The position numbers and the translations under genes were made by a program. A DNA stretch of 62,885 nucleotides, filler included, from Stramenopiles sp. TOSAG23-2 (lineage: Eukaryota): NCBI GenBank assembly GCA_900128395.1. It is 45 parts of 45 records of this genome, joined end to end, with 100 filler letters (N's around TTAATTAATTAA, not from the genome) between each part and the next. Parts side by side here need not be neighbours in the genome. Positions count along the whole stretch, not along the records: positions 1 to 1,309 come from LT653206.1; positions 1,410 to 2,718 come from LT653207.1; positions 2,819 to 4,126 come from LT653208.1; positions 4,227 to 5,534 come from LT653209.1; positions 5,635 to 6,941 come from LT653210.1; positions 7,042 to 8,348 come from LT653211.1; positions 8,449 to 9,754 come from LT653212.1; positions 9,855 to 11,160 come from LT653213.1; 37 more parts are not named here. One strand, 5' to 3'. Position 1 is the stretch's first letter. Each line of letters starts with the position of its first letter. Positions 1 through 11,807 of this stretch are shown here, in pieces. Below the pieces are notes generated by a model. It was not told where the DNA came from, ran no database searches, and saw only the letters and a program-made list of their open reading frames with translations.

Positions 1-126
1 AAAGGAAAAAAATAAAGAAAGAAATATATAATACGAAATAAAAAATAATCTCATTTAATACTACAACGAAAATAATTTATATATATATATACATATTAGT
101 TTAAAAAAATTAAAACTAAATACGTC

Positions 127-1309
127 ATGGCAAATAGTAGCAGTTCAAATCATCGATTGCTTTATGAATTAAAGCAAATCAAGAAATATAAAACATCATT
201 ATATGATGTTTATTGCATTGAAGACGATATTAGAAACTGGCACATAATCTTTTATTCAAATAACGAAGAATTCAAGTTGGGCGGCAGAGATGCAAAGATA
301 CATGCAAATGTTAAATTTTACATGGGATATCCAAAAGTTCAACCACGAATAACAATTTTGCATAGATTACCACATCCAAATGTTAATATAAATGGAAACC
401 TTTGTATGGATGTCTTAAACTCGTCTCCGTCATCTTCTGGAATTCCATATGCGGGTTGGTCTCCAGCAATTTCCATGAGTGTATTGCTGATTCAGATACA
501 TTCGGCATTATTTGATAATGCATATTTATATTGTGAAAATAAAATTCCTATACAAGATGCATCATTGGAAATTTTAACACATCAATGTGACATATGCCAA
601 GAAAACAATTTTGAAAAATCATCATCCGTAATGTATACTAGTGATTTATTAGTGGATGGTGACGATGAAGAAATATTGCACTTGCCAATAGTAACACGAG
701 TAACTTGCTATGACATCGATAATTGTGCAGTATCATCCCAGAAGAAGATAGTAAAAGATACTAAAAATGCGGTTGATAAACTCGAACAAAACAATATGCG
801 AAGGTGGAAAAGATTAAATAATCGTAGTAACAATAATAACCATAACAACGAAAACAATAGAAATAAAAAATGCTTGAAAAGGAATATGAATTGTAGTAGG
901 AATAACTATAACAATTCAAAAAAGAACTTTCAACAACGTTATTATAGCAAAGAAAATATGCCAATTCAAGAGCAGACGACCAAAAAACCCCCATCATCTT
1001 CAAAAAACTCGTATTGCATGTTACTAGACGAATCATCGTCGTCGTCGTCTGATGATGATGATGATGAAGAAGAATCAGATGTTGATATGGAAGTTACTCC
1101 ATATGTTGATCCATGGTCAAAACTTTCGGAAAATGAATTTATGTTAATCATGATGTACTTAAATCCAGCAGATTGCCTAACCATTGCATGCACTTCGAAA
1201 GCTGGTAATATTTTAGTTAAATATGGAATTATGTGGCGCCAATATTTAAAAAGGCATTTTAAAGATAGACCATCATTTAAAGCAAACATAAAAGATTGGA
1301 AACGATGTT
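127..1309 (+). CDS. Ubiquitin-conjugating (E2/UBC) domain protein with Asn/Ser/acidic linker and F-box-like motif; 3' partial
   Basis: RLLYELKQI...WHIIF...YPKVQPRI...HPNVNINGNLCMDVL (catalytic Cys)...GWSPAISMSVLLIQI; then WSKLSENEFMLIMMYLNPADCLTIACTSK...WRQY (F-box-like). Confidence 0.8.
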
Positions 1310-1409
1310 NNNNNNNNNNNNNNNNNNNNNNNNNNNNNNNNNNNNNNNNNNNNTTAATTAATTAANNNNNNNNNNNNNNNNNNNNNNNNNNNNNNNNNNN
1401 NNNNNNNNN
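1310..1409. other. Artificial contig linker (N44-TTAATTAATTAA-N44); first of 44 such linkers, one about every 1.4 kb
   Basis: The same 100-nt spacer recurs throughout the window, and contig lengths shrink from 1309 to 1291 bp. Confidence 0.99.
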
Positions 1410-2217
1410 TTGATGCTTTTTGGACAAAAATAAAATTTATTGTTGTTGTTGTGCAACTTGTTATTTGGTATTATTAATTATTATTAGATCTGTATTCTGT
1501 ATTTTATCCACTTATTATTGTGGTGCTAGCTGGCTAGCTAGCCCAGCCAGCCCAGCCAGTACGCCTCGTAGTCCTGGTAGTCGTCCATTATTTTTTTTTC
1601 GAACCCTCCTTAGGTGCTTATTAATATAGTAGAAAGGATGGCCTGGCACAAGGATGATAATATATACTATAATATAGCCAGATAGGGGGGAATATGGTAC
1701 TAGGTAGAATATAGGAAGAATTAATTAGCATCCCCCGCGTAGAAATTTATCGTTTGCGCCCTTTGTCCTTTGGTCTTACCCTTTCTTTATTTTTCTTATT
1801 TGGTAATCTAATAAGTACAAATAACACAATGCTGCACATTTAAGAAGAACACTTCTTCTTCTTCTGATAGTGCTATACCAGGTATATACCCTTCTTTGAA
1901 AATGTTGTTGTATAGACGACCTATATATATATGGTTATAAGCACGTAATTCCAAGTAATAGAAGAAGCCAGTAGGTGAAAAGAAAACAAAAAATACGAAA
2001 AGAAATACGGATTCATGTTACGTTTGTATACTCCAACAACATTACGTATTTTTAAACATCTGTATATATATAGATATATATGATACTTAAAATAATTAGT
2101 TAATATAATATTATTTTTTAACAATATAAAATATAACTATACCATTATTAAACTGGTATAATAATATCTTGATAATAAAGTGAAAACAGTGTGCTACAAT
2201 AATAATCTGGAAATATC

Positions 2218-2718
2218 ATGTCCGCATTAGCTAACCGTTTAGGTAAACATGTTCGCTTCGTAAATAACAATAATAAAACGTTTGTTGGTTTAAGATCTAT
2301 CTCCACAACTGTAGCAACGAAGTATGCTGAAATTAAAACTGATCCACCTTTTAACAAAGTGATGGCAGCTAACCGTGGTGAAATTGCTGTAAGAATTATG
2401 CGTGCTGGTAATGAATTAGGATCAACTACCGTTGGTATTTATAGTTTTGAGGACAGGCAGACGGCGCATAGGTACAAAGCAGATGAAAGTTACATGGTGG
2501 GTACAGGTTTAAGTCCTGTAGCCGCTTATTTAGGTGTGGATGAAATTGTTAAAGTAGCAAAAGAATCAGGAGTAGAAGCAATACATCCTGGATATGGATT
2601 TTTAAGTGAAAGAACTGATTTTGCTGCTGCATGTGAAAAGAATGGCATAAAATTTATCGGACCAACGGTTCAAAATTTAAGAGAATTCGGGGATAAAACT
2701 AGTGCCAGGCAATTAGCA
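2218..2718 (+). CDS. PC: Pyruvate carboxylase, biotin carboxylase N-terminus, with probable mitochondrial targeting peptide; 3' partial
   Basis: KVMAANRGEIAVRIMRA, HRYKADESY, AYL, IHPGYGFLSE, FIGP, GDK motifs; Arg-rich N-terminal extension lacking acidic residues. Confidence 0.9.
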
Positions 2719-2818
2719 NNNNNNNNNNNNNNNNNNNNNNNNNNNNNNNNNNNNNNNNNNNNTTAATTAATTAANNNNNNNNNNNNNNNNNNNNNNNNNN
2801 NNNNNNNNNNNNNNNNNN

Positions 2819-3648
2819 GTCAATAATCCAATATAGGTCCCATTCTTAAGTTGATACTTTCCTTTAAATCCATAATTTTCATTTACATGATTGCAATAAT
2901 TTTTACTTACAACAACCCGTTGGCCAATAAACTCACCAGTATTTATATTCATTTTATATATCTTTACTGGCGGCATGTAGGAAGCTGAAATAGCATATGA
3001 TTTTTTTTCTGTAGAGTAAGTATAAATTATTGTTCTTGCCGCAATTCCAATCGATGATGGTTCTTGCTTTAGTTTTGCTTTCCTAGATTTCTGTGATAAT
3101 AAATTATAATTTATCATATTAAGTCCATTTCCGGTACCTAATTTCAAATCGTTATAAAAGTAAACTGTGTTATTAACTTCGAAGACCTTATTCATCGATC
3201 TTATATGCCCCCCATCAATTGTAACTTTTTCGGAGCAACCATAAGACGTAGCAACATCAATAAATGCATTTATCTCAGGGCAAATGTTCAAAGTAAAGGT
3301 TTCTTCATGTATATATGATTTGATATTAGTATCCTTATGAGATTTTTGACCCCACATTATGTCTTCATCGATTTTATTACTTTCAGGTTTATACTCCCCG
3401 ACTAAACACCCATACTTTGAAATACACATTGCTGATATATTTCTGCAATTTCCATCGCTAATTAATTCAGTCTTTGTTTGTGTGGTTGGAAATACAGTGT
3501 AATACATTAATATGGTATAACATATTACAATAATTGGAAAAAATATAAATGATATCAATGCACCAAAATTACTTTTTTCGATTAAAGTGGTTTGGAACAA
3601 ATCTTTTCTCTTCGCAAATCGAAGCGTTTTAGCACAACATTCCTTCAT
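2819..3648 (-). CDS. Hypothetical protein with one N-terminal TM helix; 3' partial
   Basis: Long ORF with hydrophobic stretch FGALISFIFFPIIVICYTILMYY. Confidence 0.55.
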
Positions 3649-4742
3649 CGTGTTGATAAGTTGAATTTCCTTTCAATATAATATTGCATATCCTTGCACT
3701 TCTTCTACAACTACTCGTATAATGTAGTACTATGCATATCTTTTTTGAAATCTATGAAAAAAAGCAAAAAGATACTACTACTAGTCACTTATACCACCAC
3801 GAGCTTACCGTATAGTAGCTGCTTATACTAAAAAAGGGAAAAGCGCGCAAAAAATGTCAAATTTTCCTTATTATTTTTTTAACACTCCTTAAAAATTAAA
3901 CGGTTCTTGTTATACCTATCTTATGAACATAGTGTTAGTTTGTACTTTATTGTACTTTTTAACTTTTTAAAATATTTTAATAGCGTAAATAATGTTCAAT
4001 AATACTACAAAAATATTTGTACTTAAAATATAAATGGATTTTTTATTAATATCAATTTACAGTGTATATTGGAATTATTTTTATTTATATAGAGCCTTTT
4101 TTCCCCAGTTTGATTGAAACACAATTNNNNNNNNNNNNNNNNNNNNNNNNNNNNNNNNNNNNNNNNNNNNTTAATTAATTAANNNNNNNNNNNNNNNNNN
4201 NNNNNNNNNNNNNNNNNNNNNNNNNNTTTTTTTATATTTACATTTTATGTCTATATACTAATAAGTACAATATGCTATGTAGATTTTATATGATTTTAAT
4301 TTGTTCATTTTTACATTTTTCATCCAAATGCAAATCTGGTCTTCCACACCACTTTTTTTTATATTTACATTTTATGTCTATATACTAATAAGTACAATAT
4401 GCTATGTGTCTTTTATATAATTTTATTTGTTCATTTTTACATTTTATTATATTAAAAAATACAATAGTGTGCCATTATATTTTATATCTTTTTTTTTCAA
4501 TTTTGATGACATATTTTTTATTAAATTTTGATGCAATAAAATAAATCGGCTAAAACTCAAATATTAATATATATATTACTTCCGTACGAACTCGTACTAA
4601 AGAAGGAGAAATAACTTTTACGAGTTCGTATTATTTTTTTTTTCATTTTTCACATTTTTTTTTTTTAAAGAGACTCTACTACAGTAATTGAACTAATACA
4701 CACACACAGACACACGCACGCAGGGTTCAGTTCTCTCTCCTC

Positions 4743-5510
4743 TCAATCCTCCTCCATTAAATTTCTACATGTATTGACTAAATTTTTATATTCTTCTAAT
4801 AATTCACCAACATCTACCACTTTCAATTCATTCACATTTAAATGTGCAAATCGAAAACGTTTTGCTTTCCATTCAATAATATCTTTCGCATCTATTTTGC
4901 TTTTATTACCTTTAGCTATTAATTTTGGTTGCAATTTATCAGTTAATTTTTTATTATTTGTTATTATTTTTTCATTTTGTTGCATGAAGTTATTCATTAA
5001 ATTTTGTTCATCCATTAATGCACTTTTATTTTTTCTAGATTCAGCATATAATAAATTTAAATCCATCCCTTTTTTCTTATCCTTATCAGATGATGATGAG
5101 GATAGCAATTCATTATTCATTTCCGCAAAATCAAATGACGTGGAATGTTTTCGTTTTGCTACTTCCATTTCACGTTTTGCAGCATTCATCCCACTTTCAA
5201 ATTCATCTTCTGTAATTGTCAATGAATCATGTTGTACATTTTCAATAAATGTCACTGCAGAATATAAATTTGTATACCAATATCCAGGTTCAGATAACAT
5301 TTTATCTGGATTACGAAAACAATCAATGTATTCTAAATTGGATTTCAAATTCGATGGATTTGCTTTTAAGACTACATATATCAATGCCGGTAAGAATTCA
5401 TCAGCACCTGGTAATTTTTCATCCGCATTCGTTCTAGCATCACTTAATAATTGACTAATAACTTTACAACAATTTAATAAGCAAACCATTTTATCACGTG
5501 GTGCTTTGTA
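4743..5510 (-). CDS. VPS9: VPS9-domain Rab5 guanine exchange factor; 5' partial
   Basis: KAPRDKMVCLLNCCKVI, GADEFLPALIYVVLKANP, GYWYTNLYSAVTFI, and C-terminal ELKVVDVGELLEEYK. Confidence 0.9.
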   Translation of the reverse strand, partial: YKAPRDKMVCLLNCCKVISQLLSDARTNADEKLPGADEFLPALIYVVLKANPSNLKSNLEYIDCFRNPDKMLSEPGYWYTNLYSAVTFIENVQHDSLTITEDEFESGMNAAKREMEVAKRKHSTSFDFAEMNNELLSSSSSDKDKKKGMDLNLLYAESRKNKSALMDEQNLMNNFMQQNEKIITNNKKLTDKLQPKLIAKGNKSKIDAKDIIEWKAKRFRFAHLNVNELKVVDVGELLEEYKNLVNTCRNLMEED

Positions 5511-5636
5511 TATAATGGGAAAGTGTAGATATTGNNNNNNNNNNNNNNNNNNNNNNNNNNNNNNNNNNNNNNNNNNNNTTAATTAATTAANNNNNNNNNN
5601 NNNNNNNNNNNNNNNNNNNNNNNNNNNNNNNNNNAA

Positions 5637-6941
5637 ACGACATTATTATGTGGTCCACGTGAATTTGGTTTACCAACCAATGAAGCAATACGTTTATGTG
5701 AATTATTTTATCCATATGAACATATGTTATCAACATATTATGATGAAGTGAATGCACTATTGGAATTCTTGCAACGTAGAAGAAGAAGACGTAGAAGAAG
5801 ATTGTTCGGAGTATGGCCAAGTATTCGAGATGGTTTTACAAATTTAATAAATAGTGCAAGTGGGGTTGTATTTGGTAAAGATGAGGATGATAATCATGAA
5901 AACGATGAAAGTGTTGATAACGATGATGGTCATGTCGATAATAGTGGTATGCGAAAGTTGGAGGATGAAGTTAAGATGTTAGCAGCAGAAGTTAAGCAAT
6001 CGCGTAATGAAGCTAAGCAATCGCGTAATAAAATAGCAATGTTAACAGAAGAAGCTAAGCAATCACGTAATGAAATAAAGCAATCGCGTAATAAAGATGA
6101 GGATGATAATCATGAAAACGATGAAAGTGTTGATCTCGATGATGGTCATGTCGATAATAGTGGTATGCGAAAGTTGGAGGATGAAGTTAAGATGTTAGCA
6201 GCAGAAGTTAAGCAATCGCGTAATGAAGCTAAGCAATCGCGTAATAAAATAGCAATGTTAACGAATGAAGCTAAACAGTCACGCAATGAAGCTAAGCAAT
6301 CGCGTAATAAAATAGCAATGTTAACAGAAGAAGCTAAGCAATCACGTAATGAAATAAAGCAATCGCGTAATGAAATAAAGCAATCACGTAATCAAATAAA
6401 ACGTTTAGAAAAGAAAGATACCATTGTACAAAACAACACTGCCGAAATCAACACCCTCAAACAAACAACCAATAAAACCAACCATTTCCTTGCCATTTTA
6501 AAACAAAATAATAAACAAAAACAACGTCGATTAGGTGATGGAAAATAGCAATGTTAACAGAAGAAGCTAAGCAATCGCGTAATGAAATAAAGCAATCGCG
6601 TAATGAAATAAAGCAATCGCGTAATGAAATAAAGCAATCACGTAATCAAATAAAACGTTTAGAAAAGAAAGATACCATTGTACAAAACAACACTGCCGAA
6701 ATCAACACCCTCAAACAAACAACCAATAAAACCAACCATTTCCTTGCCATTTTAAAACAAAATAATAAACAAAAACAACGTCGATTAGGTGATGGAGGTT
6801 CCCCATTAACGGATGAACTATGCCCAGTAGTGACAATGAAAGATGTAGAAGAATATCAAAAAGACTTGGATCTGTTTTGTACTGGATATGCTCATATTGA
6901 TTTAAATCCTCGAGATACAGTTATTAATTTAGCTGTTATGA
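5637..6941 (+). CDS. Unnamed RRL-family protein with 7-aa-repeat coiled coil; partial at both ends; frame broken near 6545 by an internal duplication
   Basis: Open from the contig start (LLCGPREF...RLCELFYPYEH); RRRRRRRRRLFG; 21-nt repeat encoding (E)(A/I)KQSRN; QRRLGDG; DELCP...FCTGYAHIDL. Confidence 0.7.
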
Positions 6942-7043
6942 NNNNNNNNNNNNNNNNNNNNNNNNNNNNNNNNNNNNNNNNNNNNTTAATTAATTAANNN
7001 NNNNNNNNNNNNNNNNNNNNNNNNNNNNNNNNNNNNNNNNNTC

Positions 7044-7130
7044 TGGTATACTCGCAAGCAACTGATTCGACTTGCCAATACCCAATTTCGACGTAACACT
7101 CAATACAAGATCTATATTCCCCCTTACTGA
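7044..7130 (+). CDS. 3' end of hypothetical protein (virus-like contig)
   Basis: Open frame WYTRKQLIRLANTQFRRNTQYKIYIPPY* from the contig edge. Confidence 0.35.
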   Translation, partial: WYTRKQLIRLANTQFRRNTQYKIYIPPY

Positions 7131-7205
7131 TTCCATTAGTCTTGATGCCTACAAGTATATTCTAAAATCAATTTATTTAAACATTAACAAAGTACTATAG
7201 TAAAG

Positions 7206-7577
7206 ATGCGCTTCAAGGATCGACTAGTATTTTTTTGGAATCTTACAATGGAATACATATACACTCTCTTTAAACCAATCGTACGTATCGAAGAACAAGT
7301 AACGTTACATAAATCATCCGATTACTCGATTATTGGTGTAACCAAAAATAATGAAACAATCAAGATTATCCGACGTGTGTCCACAGACCCCGATGTACTT
7401 TGTATATACGATAATGATCACAAACAAGATCTTACACTAAAATTCAAACAATTCATTCACTATTATAACCCAAACACACACACTTTTCAACACCTAGACA
7501 TTATTAAACATTATTATAATACAAGTAGTAATATAACCCTGATCTATGAAGATCTTACTGAACACAAATTACATTGA
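7206..7577 (+). CDS. Hypothetical protein (virus-like contig)
   Basis: 123-aa ATG ORF, tightly packed with its neighbours. Confidence 0.6.
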   Translation: MRFKDRLVFFWNLTMEYIYTLFKPIVRIEEQVTLHKSSDYSIIGVTKNNETIKIIRRVSTDPDVLCIYDNDHKQDLTLKFKQFIHYYNPNTHTFQHLDIIKHYYNTSSNITLIYEDLTEHKLH

Positions 7578-7962
7578 TCTACTATTTTATGATTTCATTA
7601 CCACAAATCTCAATTGTGATCCCACACACAATAGATTCTCACACAACACACCAAACAATGACCGGTACAAGTTTTTTTCAAATCAACAAAAATTATACGC
7701 AGTATATGATGAATTACTCGTACATTTACCATTCATTGACGAACCATCAATGTCACCATCACCACCACTCGTAACAAAACTAGAACTAGGTCTATCCAAA
7801 GAAATTGTTTTGAATCTTCCATTCATGCAACAATCACATATTGTCAAGTGTTTTTTAGATAACCACGGTCATCTGATTGTACAAATGGATTCCAAACCAA
7901 ATTTTATCGTTTTTTATATTGATACCTTACAGAATGTCTTTTGCAATCTTTACAGAGAATGA
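7546..7962 (+). CDS. Hypothetical protein (virus-like contig)
   Basis: 138-aa ATG ORF overlapping both neighbours by about 30 nt. Confidence 0.55.
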   Translation: MKILLNTNYIDLLFYDFITTNLNCDPTHNRFSHNTPNNDRYKFFSNQQKLYAVYDELLVHLPFIDEPSMSPSPPLVTKLELGLSKEIVLNLPFMQQSHIVKCFLDNHGHLIVQMDSKPNFIVFYIDTLQNVFCNLYRE

Positions 7963-8348
7963 AGGGACTGTTTTAGAAGGTAACGTATCAATTCAACCAT
8001 CACAAGATATTGCAGGTCAAAACGCATCATTAGAAGTTCTTGGTAATATTTATACAAACAACCTCACAGAATATAATCCAGGTTTCGGTTTACACATCTT
8101 TAATACGCAAAATGTTACCGGAGATACCAGCGCTGCCGTAGTTTTTTATGGGGGATCTAGATTTCAAAAAGAATTGTCCATTAAAACATTTCTAGATATC
8201 GAAGGAACTATTACACCACCCAACCCAAGTAATAAATATCTTCGATTATTCTTCAACACAACGGGAAATACACTTCAAACACTCGATTCATCTGGTAAGC
8301 TAAATATATTAAATCCGCTTACTAGTAAAGGTGACTTGCTAACACATT
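7934..8348 (+). CDS. Putative viral structural/fibre-like protein; 3' partial
   Basis: Rich in Gly/Asn/Thr beta-type sequence; TSAAVVFYGG and PLTSKGDLLTH resemble motifs of viral fibre proteins; ATG at 7934. Confidence 0.5.
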
Positions 8349-8448
8349 NNNNNNNNNNNNNNNNNNNNNNNNNNNNNNNNNNNNNNNNNNNNTTAATTAA
8401 TTAANNNNNNNNNNNNNNNNNNNNNNNNNNNNNNNNNNNNNNNNNNNN

Positions 8449-9600
8449 TACTGCATCCAATCCAGTACGTTCCTTGCCACTTTTAACAACTACTTCCCAT
8501 TCATCATCTTTCCCTTCCCGTCGCTTTGCATCAATTGCTAATACGGTACATTGTCTGCCAACAACATCAGATAATTCGGTTAAAAATGCAGGTCGTCGCA
8601 CAGCAGCTGTATTAATGGAAACTTTATCTGCACCAGCATTTAATAGTTTCTTCGCTGCATCTACATCTCGTATTCCCCCACCAACGGTTAATGGAAAAAT
8701 AGTTTTCGAATTAATATCACGTACCGTTTGTATTGCAGTTGCACGACCATCTGGTGTAGCAGATATATCTAACATAACTAGCTCATCTGCACCTTGCCGT
8801 TCATATTCCACAGCAAGTTCAACAGGATCTCCAGCATCCCTTAAACCTTGAAAAGATACACCTTTCACCACTCGTCCATTTTTTACATCTAAGCATGGTA
8901 TAATACGTCTTGTTAAATTCGATTTGACTGCTATACTGCTGTTTGCATTGTTTGTATTTGGAGTCGAAGAATCAACTGATTTTGTAATCCATTTTTGTAA
9001 AATACTTTGACCAACTTCACCACTTAATTCAGGATGAAATTGACAAGCTAATATATTCCCTTTTTCCAATGCAGATACAAATTCTATACCATGCAACGTC
9101 GTCGCTACTTTCCATCCCCCTAATGGTATGGAAGTCAACGCATAACTATTAGAAAAATATACATGCCCATCTTTTAAATACTTATATTGTATCCGTTTTC
9201 CTGCTTCGCGTTGTATTTTATTCCATCCTTGCTGCGGTACTAATATTTCACCATTTGGATTTGGTATTCTTTGTATTTTACAACCTTTTAATATATCTAA
9301 TCCCGTACAATTTTCACTTTCCTCTGAGCTACCAGCAAGTATTTGCAATCCGACACATACAAACATGGTTGATAAATTATTGTCAACCCGTGTTTTCAAT
9401 ACATTCACTAAATCATTTTCTCGTAAATTATCCATAGCACTGCCGAACGTCGCAACGCCAGGTACTACCACACACGTTGCATTCTCAACGTCTATTTTAT
9501 TTTTTGTAATTTTTGGTATACACGTTGGACATGCTTTTTTCAATGCAGCAACCATCGATGCATTATTTGATGTACCAGTATCAATAATATATATTTCCAT
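8449..9600 (-). CDS. hisHF: Bifunctional imidazole glycerol phosphate synthase, HisH-HisF fusion; 3' partial
   Basis: His[27 protein letters not shown]. His[58 protein letters not shown]. Confidence 0.95.
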
Positions 9601-10184
9601 TGTATTATTAATTTTTTTTGTTTATAAATATATATATATAATATGAATCAGATATATATATATATATATATAAATGAAAATATATATCTTACTTGTATTG
9701 TTTTATCTATATATATTGCTGTTGTTTTATTATACTATTTATAATTATTTTGTTNNNNNNNNNNNNNNNNNNNNNNNNNNNNNNNNNNNNNNNNNNNNTT
9801 AATTAATTAANNNNNNNNNNNNNNNNNNNNNNNNNNNNNNNNNNNNNNNNNNNNCGTGAATCACTTCGTACTTATGGCTATACTAAATACCTGTAATATA
9901 TCTATCAAACATTTACAATGGTATGTCTATCTTGTATGCTATATCCATTGTATATATAGCAGCTGAATACGATGGACCAGGTTTTTGCACCCCTATAGGA
10001 AGATCTTTTTAAGGAAATGGCCAATAATAATATATATTATGCACCATATATAGTAAATAGATCCAACGATCCAACCAGAATATATATATATCCGGATATA
10101 TATATTCATACTAGTTATTAACACAACTTTCTACGTTATTTTTAGTGAAAGGTTGTAGAACAAATTACATACATATATGACACC

Positions 10185-11160
10185 ATGTCCTCTACATCAT
10201 CGGATACTTTCATTTCGTATTTATTAAATATATTGAAAACGCTAAATATTAAAACATTACAAATACAACATGTGAAAAACAAGCAACAGCAGCAAAATTC
10301 GAATCTTTCTTCGGATATCAATACGATTTGGAACGATGTATTTTACAATAAAGCAATGGTAAATCAAATATTTAAATATTTAATAGATGATGATAGCGGG
10401 ATGATGGATGAAAATGGTGGATTGGAGCATGGTGATGGAAATCATTTTGATGATAGTAACAATACTTTAAATAATAATTTAATCACTTCACAAGTTGAAA
10501 GACGTATTATTAAAATCATTATATATGATATTATTAAATTTTGTCCAACAACCGATATTAATAAATGGGATATTATATTACAATCAAGTAAGTTTGGTCA
10601 ATATATATATAATACAACCTGCAATAGATAGATATATATAGATATAGAAACTAACAATATTATTATCCCACCATATATATATGCACATCAGTTAAAATTG
10701 ATTTATCACGTGCTGATCATACGGATCATACAATTGCAGCCTTATCCGTATTAAATACATTACCATCCAATTTATTATTAAATTTCATCACAACAACTGA
10801 TATTGAAGGGCAATTATTATCCTGTTTAGAACATGATTCATGTTTTGCCATACAAATTGCAACAATTGATAATTTAGTAGATTTATTTTTACGTGCATGT
10901 TATAAATTAGAAAATAGTAATAAAAATACTAGTAATAATCCATTGAAAATTAAGGCACATGAATCTATCATGCATGAAAGAAGGTAGGTGTGAATATATA
11001 TATATATATACATACATTCAATAACAAAACAAAACTAACAATCTCTCTTTCTCTCTCTTCCAACAACAACAACAACAACAACAAACTAAATAAAAAACAC
11101 ACAACAGAATCAAACAAGCAACATTAGATCGAGCATTATTAATATACAAACGTATAGCAA
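10185..11160 (+). CDS. TPLATE: TPLATE-like (TSET complex beta-adaptin-type subunit) N-terminus; exons 10185-10587, 10692-10983, 11108-11160; 3' partial
   Basis: Introns GTAAGT...ACTAAC...CAG (10588-10691) and GTAGGT...ACTAAC...CAG (10984-11107) both splice in frame, giving KIIIYDIIKFC..WDIILQSIKIDLSRADHTDHTIAALSVLNTLP...LLSCLEH...TLDRALLIYKRIA. Confidence 0.6.
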
Positions 11161-11569
11161 NNNNNNNNNNNNNNNNNNNNNNNNNNNNNNNNNNNNNNNN
11201 NNNNTTAATTAATTAANNNNNNNNNNNNNNNNNNNNNNNNNNNNNNNNNNNNNNNNNNNNCTGTTATTTCTATCGTTGTTATGCACTTATTAATATTTTA
11301 AAATAAATCATTTTGTTGGGGCATTCCAACTTTCCTGGCTTTGGCATTTTTCAGCATCATTATCATTGCCAGGATTGCCAAAAAAAAAAGACTGTGGACA
11401 ATATTACTTACACTACTATGTACTAGTTTCCTTAATTAACCCCCACACCAGCTCACTACCTCGTACAGTACGAGAAATACAATAACACACGCACAGCACA
11501 GTACCTGGTAATAAGGTCACAACCGTTATTTTTTATAGATTTAAGATTTATAAAAACTATATACATGTG

Positions 11570-11807
11570 TAGTATCACAAATTATATACATACAAACAAT
11601 ATTAATCAGCGGTGGAAAATAAAAGAAATCAATTTATCTTTAATAATAGCATATTATTATGAAAATAATTGATCTACCAAACGATCTATAGTATCACAAA
11701 TTATATACATACAAACAATATTAATCAGCGGTGGAAAATAAAAGAAATCAATTTATCTTTAATAATAGCATATTATTATGAAAATAATTGATCTACCAAA
11801 CGATCTA
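11570..11807 (+). repeat. Tandem duplication, 2 x 119 bp, spanning the 5' flank and start codon
   Basis: 11570-11688 is identical to 11689-11807. Confidence 0.9.

Noticed and set aside
4774-5454. Long antisense ORFs (also 8474-8851, 50561-51130, 15764-16243, 17816-18235 and similar)
   Set aside because: They are shadows of well-supported genes on the opposite strand and have no motifs of their own
5990-6650. 21-nt tandem repeats as a CRISPR array or satellite
   Set aside because: There are no unique spacers, and the repeats are in-frame coding heptads (KQSRNEA/I)
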